From: Pecten maximus
Taxonomy: Eukaryota
Direction: 5' to 3'
Assembly (NCBI RefSeq): GCF_902652985.1
Contig: NC_047024.1
Span: 38,626,001 to 38,690,000 of the forward strand
Length of the DNA stretch: 64,000 nt
Shown: piece by piece, positions 29,401 through 37,912 of the stretch
How the letters are laid out: the number at the start of each line of letters is the position of its first letter
Numbering within the stretch: position 1 is the first letter of the stretch
Position numbers and translations under genes: made by a program
Notes under the pieces: model-generated
What the model was told of the DNA's origin: nothing
Seen by the model: only the letters and a program-made list of their open reading frames with translations
The model's database searches: none

Positions 29401-30906
29401 ATGACAGCTATACTGGGTATAACTCTGTATAGGTAACAATTGTATGATATATGACAGCTATACTGGGTATAACTCTGTACAGGTAACAATTGTATAATAT
29501 ATGACAGCTATACTGGGTATAACTCTGTATAGGTAACAATTGTATAATATATGACAGCTATACTGGGTATAACTCTGTACAGGTAACAATTGTATAATAT
29601 ACGACAGCTATACTGGGTATAACTCTGTACAGGTAACAATTGTATAATATATGACAGCTATACTGGGTATAACTCTGTATAGGTAACAATTGTATAATAT
29701 ACGACAGCTATACTGGGTATAACTCTGTATAGGTAACAATTGTATAATATACGACAGCTATACTGGGTATAACTCTGTACAGGTAACAATTGTATAATAT
29801 ACGACAGGTATACTGGGTATAACTCAGTATAGGTAACAATTGTATAATATACGACAGCTATACTGGGTATAACTCTGTACAGGTAACAATTGTATAATAT
29901 ATGACAGCTATACTGGGTATAACTCTGAACAGGTAACAATTGTATAATATACGACAGCTATACTGGGTATAACTCTGTACAGGTAACAATTGTATAATAT
30001 ATGACAGCTATACTGGGTATAACTCTGTACAGGTAACAATTGTATAATATATGACATCTGTACCGGTAACAATTGTATAATATATGACAGCTATACTGGG
30101 TATAACTCTGTACAGGTAACAATTGTATAATATACGACAGCTATACTGGGTATAACTCTGTACAGGTAACAATTGTATAATATATGACATCTGTACAGGT
30201 AACAATTGTATAATATATGACAGCTATACTGGGTATAACTCTGTACAGGTAACAATTGTATAATATACGACAGCTATACTGGGTATAACTCTGTACAGGT
30301 AACAATTATATAATATACGACAGCTATACTGGGTATAACTCTGTACAGGTAACAATTGTATAATATACGACAGGTATACTGGGTATAACTCTGTACAGGT
30401 AACAATTGTATAATATATGACAGCTATACTGGGTATAACTCTGAACAGGTAACAATTGTATAATATATGACAGCTATACTGGGTATAACTCTGTACAGGT
30501 AACAATTGTATAATATATGACATCTGTACAGGTAACAATTGTATAATATATGACAGCTATACTGGGTATAACTCTGCACAGGTAACAATTGTATAATATA
30601 CGACAGCTATACTGGGTATAACTCTGTACAGGTAACAATTGTATAATATATGACAGCTATACTGGGTATAACTCTGAACAGGTAACAATTGTATAATATA
30701 TGACAGCTATACTGGGTATAACTCTGTACAGGTAACAATTGTATAATATATGACATCTGTACAGGTAACAATTGTATAATATATGACAGCTATACTGGGT
30801 ATAACTCTGTACAGGTAACAATTGTATAATATATGACAGCTATACTGGGTATAACTCTGTACAGGTAACAATTGTATAATATATGACATCTGTACAGGTA
30901 ACAATT
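29401..30906. repeat. Minisatellite, 50-bp unit (33-bp variant), left part
   Basis: Unit atgacagctatactgggtataactctgtacaggtaacaattgtataatat; interrupted by the DIRS element after ...ggtaacaatt. Confidence 0.97.
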
Positions 30907-31087
30907 TTGAGGTTTTTAAAGTAAAACCAATTTTCATGAGGTAATACTTACCATAACTTTAGTATGCATATTCATCACTTACACCCATCTTTGTATCCCC
31001 AAAAAACAAGATTCAAAAATCCCGCCCTCCCTACCGTCACGTGACCTGTATCTTAATGATTACGCAACAGAGTGATCTCCCATCCTC
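30907..31087 (-). repeat. DIRS 3' (right) inverted terminal repeat plus terminal extension
   Basis: 30948-31087 is the exact reverse complement of 37514-37653; 30907-30947 is a unique extension complementary to the ICR. Confidence 0.95.
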
Positions 31088-31094
31088 AGAAACC

Positions 31095-31100
31095 TTTATT
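31095..31100 (-). terminator. Candidate polyadenylation signal of the DIRS transcript
   Basis: tttatt on plus = AATAAA on the element strand, just before the 3' ITR. Confidence 0.45.
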
Positions 31101-31159
31101 GAGCCACATGGGCAGCCAGGATAATGAGTTAAGGGGAGGAATAAAAGGGTGGGACTCCA

Positions 31160-31251
31160 TAAAGTTATGGTAAGTATTACCTCATGAAAATTGGTTTTAC
31201 TTTAAAAACCTCAATTTCATTTCAGTAATAATTACCATAACTTTAGTATGC
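31160..31251 (-). repeat. DIRS internal complementary region (ICR)
   Basis: 31160-31214 is the reverse complement of 30907-30961; 31215-31251 is the reverse complement of 37634-37670; the two abut directly. Confidence 0.95.
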
Positions 31252-31469
31252 GAATTCGTCTTACCGTAGTGGAGACTCGAAGCCAGGCAGCCCATAACGA
31301 CAGCACAGCAACCCAGACGCAACTCCAGGTAGGTAGGGAGATAAATAGGTTCAAGAACCCCCCCAATTTTAGCCGACAATGATTAAAAAATGGCAACTAC
31401 CTCCGCGTATGCAGAGCAGGTGTACCATTGTGATGCCTGATCGCATGATAAATTAAAAAACCCTACAGA

Positions 31470-34400
31470 TTACTGTGGAGGCACAGCCACAGACTGTGCC
31501 ACCACCACCGGACCAAGAGAGTACAACCCATCTGAATGCGAAGCCAATGACCGGAGATAAAAATCTGTAAAGGTATTCTGCCCACACCAGAAGGCAGCGG
31601 ACATGACATCCTGAAAGGAGGAGCCATTGAGAAGAGCCCATGATGTAGCAAGGGCCCTAACCTCATGAGCTCTCACCTTGTAACGAGCCTGAACCTGATC
31701 ATCAGAATGGTCATAAGCAAACTTGATAACCTGACAGATCCATCTGGAAATGGACTGGGAGGAGATCTCCTGCTGACCCTGCTTGATGGACAAGAAAAGC
31801 CGGGATCGAGTACCCCGCCCCCCCTTGGTTTTCTCAAGGTAAAACCTAAGTGCCCGACAGGGACAGAGCAGTTTATCCCGCTCCACAGAACCCATTGAGC
31901 CCTGCAAGGAAGGGATCTTGATAGGCTCAGGCAAGAAACCAGGAACCTGATTCTTAGCCAAAAAGGCAGGATCAGTGAGAAGGGTCACGGCAGAAAAGTT
32001 CCTAGCCCAACGGAGGCAAGAGGGGTGAGAGGACAAAGCATGGATCTCACTTCTCCTACGACCAGAAGCCAAGGCGATGAGGAACACCACCTTGAAAGTA
32101 AGAAACTTCAAGGTGGCCGACTCCAAAGGCTCATAAGGAGCACGCGTCAGAGAATCGAGCACCAGAGCCAGATTCCATTGAGGAGCCAACTGCCGTATTC
32201 TAGGTCTGTCCAACCCAAACCCCCTAATCAGGGCAGATAGAGAAGAGGATGAGCTCACCTCTGATCTACCCTGAAAGGAAAGCACACTGGCTATCGCCGT
32301 ACGATAACCAGCAATTGTGCCCGGGGCAAGATTGCGATCTCTGAACAACCAAAGCAGAAAATCAGCAATCAGTTGTACAGATGCCTTGACCGGATCAACC
32401 TTCCTGCCGACACACCAATCACAGAAAATCTTCCATCTTGATTGGTAGACGGCAGAAGAGGAAGACCTAATCGATCGAGCGATGCGAGCTGACACGTCTC
32501 TAGAAAAGCCCGCCTGAGCGAGGCCTCCTGAGATAGCCTCCACGCGTGAAGGTGGAGTATCTCTGGACGAGAGTGCATCGTCCTGGACCGAGGCTGGCGA
32601 AGGAGATTCGTTCTGAGTGGGAGAATCAGAGGATCTTCCACCAGAAACGACAAAAGCTCCGGAAACCAAGGCTGCCTCGGCCACAGGGGTGCTATCAGGA
32701 GCAGGGAGCAATGATGCTTCCGACACTTCTGCAACACCCTGCCCACCAAATTGAAGGGGGGGGAATGCATAAGCATGCATCCCCTCCCAGTCCAGAGATA
32801 GAGCGTCCACGGCCCAAGCCCTCGGATCTGGAACCGGAGAGACAAACGTTGGCAACTGATTGTTCAGGGATGTGGCGAACAGATCTATGTGAGGTCTGTC
32901 CCACACCTGACAGACTCCCTCGAAAATCGAAGGATTCAGTTGCCATTCCGTCAACACCGGTTGGCGGCGCCTGGACAGAGTATCCGCCAACACATTCAAT
33001 CTGCCCGGAAGATGCTTGACAAGGATAGTTAATTGCATCTCCTGGCACAGAAGAAGAACACGGATAGCGAGGGCACACAGGATGTGGGACCTGGTACCCC
33101 CCTGCCTCTCCAGATACGCGACAACTGTTGAGTTGTCCGTAGCCACACAAATCACCTTGGATTGCAAGATCCCCCGAAGAGACTGCAATGCCAATAGAAC
33201 AGACCTCATCTGAGCTGTTCCCCAGACCACTCCCCCGACCGGCAATGCCCGTCGAGATACGCCCCCCAACCCGTCATGGAAGCATCCGTGAACAGGGTCA
33301 TAGTGGGAACGGGCTTGGACAAAGGAACCCCACGGAGAACGTTGTCCTGAAGGGTCCACCAACGGGCAAACTCCTTGACCGACTGGTCCAGAGGAATCCA
33401 AGCTTCCCAGTCCCTTGACGAAGGGACCCAATTGCCAAGAAGGAACATCTGGAGAGGTCTGATGTGAAGTCTCCCCAAGGGGACCACATCTGCCAGGGAG
33501 TTGAGAAATCCCAGGAAACTGAGAAACCAACGCACCTGGACCCGAGACCAGCCGATGAAAGTCAGGGCGAGATCCCTGGCTTTCTCGAACTTCTCCATTG
33601 GTGGAAGGGCAATGCCCTGAACCGTGTTGAAACGGTTTCCCAGGAAAACGAAATCCTGAGATGGGGTCACCTCCGACTTCTCCCTGGATGGAATGAAACC
33701 GACCTTTAGGAAGAGTTTCAGGACCAATCGGGTGTCCTGCAACAAGGATCTCCTCACTAGGTGAAGCATGAGGGAATCGTCGAAATAGATGTGAACATCT
33801 ATTCCCCGAGAATGCAGGAATCCCACGACCACCTGCAGCAGCTTGGTAAACACCAAAGGTGCAGTCGTGAGCCCGAATGGCATGGCCCGGAACTGAAAGA
33901 CCTTCCCGTTGCAAGTGAACCGGAGGAACTTCCGTGCCGACTTCTTGATGGGGATGTGGAAGTAGGCATCCTTCAAATCTATTGAAGTGGCCCACATTCC
34001 ATCTCTCACGGAGGCGATTATGCCCCGAGGAGTCTCCATCTTGAAGTGAGGAGAATCTACGTGCCTGTTGAAGGCACTTAGATCTATGATCGGGCGCCAC
34101 GCCCCGGACTTTTTCCGTACCAGAAACATTCTGGAATAGAAGCCGGGGGTGCACTCCGCCAAAGGTACCTCCTCGACCGCGCCCTTGACAAGCATGGTCC
34201 TTACTTCCTCCTGGAGAGCCAAAGCCTTTCCTGGATCCCCGGGAGGAGGAAAAAAGATTGGCCTTGACGCTAACGGCGGATCCCGCAAAAGCGGAATGCC
34301 TAGCCCCTCCTTGACCACAGGCAAGGCCCAGGCGTCCTCCGTGATCTCCCTCCACTCTGGGAGGAAGGCGGATAGACGTCCCCCCACAGGAAGATCTGGC

Positions 34401-34550
34401 CGTGGCAGATCGAGCCCTTGCCAAGCAAGAGAGTCGTCTGCCAAGCCTGATCCTAATCCTGCGAGAGACGGACCGGAATCTGAAACGGGAGGACTGCACT
34501 CCTCCCGTACAAACTCCTCGTCTGAAAGGACCAAGGAGGGTAGAAGAGAG
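31470..34550 (-). CDS. DIRS ORF3: tyrosine recombinase (C-terminal ~350 aa) with long N-terminal region overlapping RT; chimeric in this copy
   Basis: Catalytic set ASGRRRSEIHAL (R), AKNQ (K), HEVR (HxxR), AAFW (H/W), FTDFY (Y); preceded by YQSRWKIFCDWC core-binding region. Frame is open from just after the gag stop; start codon uncertain. Confidence 0.9.
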   Translation of the reverse strand, partial: LSSTLLGPFRRGVCTGGVQSSRFRFRSVSRRIRIRLGRRLSCLARARSATARSSCGGTSIRLPPRVEGDHGGRLGLACGQGGARHSAFAGSAVSVKANLFSSSRGSRKGFGSPGGSKDHACQGRGRGGTFGGVHPRLLFQNVSGTEKVRGVAPDHRSKCLQQARRFSSLQDGDSSGHNRLRERWNVGHFNRFEGCLLPHPHQEVGTEVPPVHLQREGLSVPGHAIRAHDCTFGVYQAAAGGRGIPAFSGNRCSHLFRRFPHASPSEEILVAGHPIGPETLPKGRFHSIQGEVGGDPISGFRFPGKPFQHGSGHCPSTNGEVRESQGSRPDFHRLVSGPGALVSQFPGISQLPGRCGPLGETSHQTSPDVPSWQLGPFVKGLGSLDSSGPVGQGVCPLVDPSGQRSPWGSFVQARSHYDPVHGCFHDGLGGVSRRALPVGGVVWGTAQMRSVLLALQSLRGILQSKVICVATDNSTVVAYLERQGGTRSHILCALAIRVLLLCQEMQLTILVKHLPGRLNVLADTLSRRRQPVLTEWQLNPSIFEGVCQVWDRPHIDLFATSLNNQLPTFVSPVPDPRAWAVDALSLDWEGMHAYAFPPLQFGGQGVAEVSEASLLPAPDSTPVAEAALVSGAFVVSGGRSSDSPTQNESPSPASVQDDALSSRDTPPSRVEAISGGLAQAGFSRDVSARIARSIRSSSSAVYQSRWKIFCDWCVGRKVDPVKASVQLIADFLLWLFRDRNLAPGTIAGYRTAIASVLSFQGRSEVSSSSSLSALIRGFGLDRPRIRQLAPQWNLALVLDSLTRAPYEPLESATLKFLTFKVVFLIALASGRRRSEIHALSSHPSCLRWARNFSAVTLLTDPAFLAKNQVPGFLPEPIKIPSLQGSMGSVERDKLLCPCRALRFYLEKTKGGRGTRSRLFLSIKQGQQEISSQSISRWICQVIKFAYDHSDDQVQARYKVRAHEVRALATSWALLNGSSFQDVMSAAFWCGQNTFTDFYLRSLASHSDGLYSLGPVVVAQSVAVPPQ

Positions 34551-34645
34551 TCAGGAACTCTTCTTCTTACCCCCAGGAGGGTTCTTCCCTTTCTTACCTT
34601 TCCCTTTGTTGCCCTTGAAGGAAGGCTTCGCCTTTGGCTGAGCAA
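32369..34645 (-). pseudogene. DIRS ORF2: reverse transcriptase - RNase H - DNA adenine methyltransferase-like domain, broken by two frameshifts
   Basis: RT motifs VGGRL, WRPIIDL, SIDLKDAYFHIPI, MPFGLTTAP, YFDD; RNase H FTDAS..GWGA then stop at 33206. RNase H remainder (TDNSTVV, NVLADTLSR) and DLFA..YAFPP lie in another frame (33210-32760); FNLVGRVLQK..LIAPLWPRQPWFPELL returns to the original frame (ORF 32369-32845). Confidence 0.92.
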
Positions 34646-37073
34646 AAGTTTGCGTAGCCGAAGGTTTTGCCTTCTTCTTAGGAGGCGCTGACCCCTGCGA
34701 GGTGCGGGCCTTCTCAGCCTGAATCCTCTTCACCAAAAGTGCTGAGGCGACTGAGTCCTCCTTCAAATCCTTCTGAACAGAAGGAAGGGACCCTCCAAAA
34801 AGAGTGGACCCAGAGAAGGGGGCAGTCAACAACCGGGAGCGGTAAGGTTCATCGACCGGGCGGTTTTTCAAAACTGAAAAACGCCTAGCCAACAAGACAT
34901 TGACCAGCAAAGACACCTGCAAGGCTGCCAGAGCTCTCAATGCCCCGTTCAGGGCAGAGGTCATCCTGTCCTGGATGTCGGCCTGTTCTGTCTCGGAAAT
35001 CCGACCCTCAGGCACATCGGAAACCCTATACAGACAAACTGTCAGAAAGTCTATATATGACAGAATCTGGATGGAAAGACGCAGCAGTCTCTCCATCTTG
35101 TGGTGCTCTTTAGATCCAAACACCACCTGATCCACTGACTTACCGGGCCAAGCCGCTAGCTCTCTCGATTCCAGTCTAGCTGGTTGAGAAACAAGCAGGC
35201 CATCATGTGTGGCATAGTCAGAGGGATGAACCTCAGACAGGTCACCAACACTGAGCTGCAACCCAGCAAACCCAGGCGTACGGGTTGAAGACGAATTCTT
35301 CTCCAGAACCCGTGACTGGGCAGTGGCCAGAGCTGAAGACACAATAGTGCCTTCTGGCAGAGAGCGGTCCGACTGGGCGGATGCTCTAGGAGCCACCAAG
35401 GAACCCAAAAGGGTGGTGGACTCCGGGATAGATGACGCAGAAGGAGGTGGGCAAACCTTCTCCCCGAGAATCCGGGAAACGTCGGCCCTAAGGGCCCGCA
35501 TACCGGACAAGACGTGCTGGGCCTCAGCCTCAGCAGCCTCAGGGTCACCCTCATCCTGGGAATCCCCACCTAGAGGATCGTCATCAGACGACCCGGACAG
35601 ACCAGCGTCTATGTCCGAGCACCCAGGAGAGAGATGAACGACATCCTCCTCATCTGCCATACCCGCGTCCTCACAGTCCATAGCCTCCACACTAGCGGGA
35701 CATGAAGTCTCGACTGCATGGAACGGGCCAGCCATAGGAACCAATTCAGGAGAATCCTGAAGGGGCTCCACAAAACGGCGTTTAGGTGCAGATCGCCTAA
35801 CAACCGTGGCTGCAGGCTTAGACTTAGAAGTCACAGCCCTGCCCTTGGACCCGGAGACAAACGAGTCCGCACGCGAGGCAGAAGTCCTAAAGGTGCGGCA
35901 AACCTTCTTAGGACCGGCCACAGTGGCCCCCGAAGAAGCAGAGCGCTGGAGGGGGTCAGCGGAACTGCCAAAACGTCTCCGTGAGGGGGAGACCAAACCC
36001 CAGGGGTTCCAAGCAGGAAAAGCCATAGGGTTAAAACCATATCCCTGAGGAAATGGAAAAGGTCCCGCGGGTTGGGAGTGACCCCAGAACTGGTCAAACT
36101 GACCCGCCTGAGACTGGGGCTGGCCACCCAGTCCGAAAGACATGGGTGGACCACCACTCCCACCAGGTGGAAACCCGGACATGTGCGGGCTAGGCCCGCA
36201 ACTGCCGGGATGCTGACGATACCCAAAACCATCTGCAGGCTGGTTTGGGTGGCCCAAGGATGGTTGCCCGCAGGCAACCCTATACCCTGAACCAGAGGGA
36301 AACGGCGCCTGGAACCCAGTCGCCTGTCCAGCAAAACACTCCCGTGGGAGAACACCCCCTGGGAAACCCGAACCAGCACACTCCGGGCTGGACCTAATAG
36401 GACCAGGGCCGGGTAACTGGCCAGGATGAAAAGCCGGACCAGAATTGATGCAGGAATAAGACAGCTGCGCATCCCTTACCCCAGTGGAAGTGGACAATCC
36501 CGCAAGAAAATCCGTAACCCCTGGACCTGAACTCGGAGGAACAGGCCCTGCATCAAAACTGCCCCCATTGACAACACCACCTGGATTGCCGAGATCACTG
36601 ACCAAACCAGTGACCGGCGGCTGAAATTCCCTACCCAAAGGCAAGCTCGAAAGCTTACGGGAATTGTCAGCCAATTCGACCCTGGGCAGAGTTAAACCAG
36701 GGTCGGGATGTCCCTCCCCTACTCCAGGGAGTTCCTGAATGGGAAGGACCACCCTCCCGTCACGAGAAGAACCCGACGACACGGGAGCTCCCGAGATAGG
36801 AACAACAGAGTTGACAACCGACTCAGAGCCGGGAGCAACATTCTTAACATGCTTCCCTCTCTTGCCGGAAGATAAAGACGAATCCTTCCTACGGGAAGAA
36901 GAGGGTCGCCCAGGTGCTAGAGAAACCCCGTCATGAGGTTCGTCCTGAGTAGTAACGCACGGCAAATCCTCATGACCGGAACGATCAAGGGAACATATCT
37001 CATTAGAATCCCGTTCTCCGTAGAGATAGGAACGCTCATGAGACGAACCCCGTCGTAGTCCCGAACGAGACAT
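34551..37073 (-). CDS. DIRS ORF1, gag-like protein (840 aa from first ATG)
   Basis: Long uninterrupted ORF at the element 5' end, first ATG at 37073 (MSRSG); G/P/S-rich N-terminus, helical region (MERLLRLSIQILSYIDFL..LLARR), TLFG motif and basic C-terminus. Assignment is mainly positional. Confidence 0.8.
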   Translation of the reverse strand: MSRSGLRRGSSHERSYLYGERDSNEICSLDRSGHEDLPCVTTQDEPHDGVSLAPGRPSSSRRKDSSLSSGKRGKHVKNVAPGSESVVNSVVPISGAPVSSGSSRDGRVVLPIQELPGVGEGHPDPGLTLPRVELADNSRKLSSLPLGREFQPPVTGLVSDLGNPGGVVNGGSFDAGPVPPSSGPGVTDFLAGLSTSTGVRDAQLSYSCINSGPAFHPGQLPGPGPIRSSPECAGSGFPGGVLPRECFAGQATGFQAPFPSGSGYRVACGQPSLGHPNQPADGFGYRQHPGSCGPSPHMSGFPPGGSGGPPMSFGLGGQPQSQAGQFDQFWGHSQPAGPFPFPQGYGFNPMAFPAWNPWGLVSPSRRRFGSSADPLQRSASSGATVAGPKKVCRTFRTSASRADSFVSGSKGRAVTSKSKPAATVVRRSAPKRRFVEPLQDSPELVPMAGPFHAVETSCPASVEAMDCEDAGMADEEDVVHLSPGCSDIDAGLSGSSDDDPLGGDSQDEGDPEAAEAEAQHVLSGMRALRADVSRILGEKVCPPPSASSIPESTTLLGSLVAPRASAQSDRSLPEGTIVSSALATAQSRVLEKNSSSTRTPGFAGLQLSVGDLSEVHPSDYATHDGLLVSQPARLESRELAAWPGKSVDQVVFGSKEHHKMERLLRLSIQILSYIDFLTVCLYRVSDVPEGRISETEQADIQDRMTSALNGALRALAALQVSLLVNVLLARRFSVLKNRPVDEPYRSRLLTAPFSGSTLFGGSLPSVQKDLKEDSVASALLVKRIQAEKARTSQGSAPPKKKAKPSATQTFAQPKAKPSFKGNKGKGKKGKNPPGGKKKSS

Positions 37074-37513
37074 ACTACCTACTAGCACACGACGTTTGTA
37101 TTCAAAAAACAACAAACACGTAAAAAACAAACTAAAACATACAACGTACGTAAACAAGAATGAACTTTACATGCAGTGTAAAACAGGAACGATGTCAAAA
37201 AAAAACAACGAAAAACTGCTACAAACGGCCGAACAAAGACCGGCGATTTACAAACGACAGCGACTGCAAAACAATGGCGGACCACGTGGTACACCGCCCG
37301 CACACGTGGAATGTAAACACCGGCCGAAAACGGCACAAAACAAAAATATGTATATACAAAATGTATGTAACTCAACACAAAAGGGGAGATGGGCAAAAAG
37401 CAAACAAGCGTTGCCAAAATTTGACCAAATAGTCAAAACAAACAGCTAAATAACAATGTCGGGATATCCACAAACTATGAGCCGTCAGCTATCAGCAAGC
37501 GCCATAAAGGAAA

Positions 37514-37670
37514 GAGGATGGGAGATCACTCTGTTGCGTAATCATTAAGATACAGGTCACGTGACGGTAGGGAGGGCGGGATTTTTGAATCTTGTTTTTT
37601 GGGGATACAAAGATGGGTGTAAGTGATGAATATGCATACTAAAGTTATGGTAATTATTACTGAAATGAAA
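37514..37670 (-). repeat. DIRS 5' (left) inverted terminal repeat
   Basis: Element strand begins TTTCATTTCAG; 37514-37653 pairs with 30948-31087. Confidence 0.95.
37534..37580. promoter_or_regulatory. Candidate ITR promoter motifs
   Basis: ttgcgtaa (C/EBP-like, 37534-37541), gtcacgtgac E-box palindrome (37556-37565), gggcggg GC box (37574-37580); mirrored in the other ITR. Motif match only. Confidence 0.4.
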
Positions 37671-37912
37671 GTATAATATATGACAGCTATACTGGATATA
37701 ACTCTGTACAGGTAACAATTGTATAATATACGACAGCTATACTGGGTATAACTCTGTACAGGTAACAATTGTATAATATATGACATCTGTACAGGTAACA
37801 ATTGTATAATATATGACAGCTATACTGGGTATAACTCTGTACAGGTAACAATTGTATAATATACGACAGCTATACTGGGTATAACTCTGTACAGGTAACA
37901 ATTATATAATAT
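37671..37912. repeat. Minisatellite, 50-bp unit, right part
   Basis: Resumes in exact register (gtataatatatgacagc) after the DIRS end. Confidence 0.95.

Larger units (their letters stand above)
30907..37670 (-). mobile_element. DIRS-type tyrosine-recombinase retrotransposon, full length
   Basis: Perfect 140-bp inverted repeats (30948-31087 / 37514-37653), internal complementary region 31160-31251, gag-like, RT-RNase H-methyltransferase and YR ORFs with long overlap, GC-rich relative to flanks, no TSD. Confidence 0.97.

Noticed and set aside
31665-36936. Many plus-strand ORFs antisense to the DIRS ORFs
   Set aside because: Expected shadows of GC-rich coding sequence; no recognisable motifs.
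37074-37157. N-terminal 28 aa of the 868-aa ORF
   Set aside because: Starts at a non-ATG codon in T-rich leader; first ATG is at 37073.
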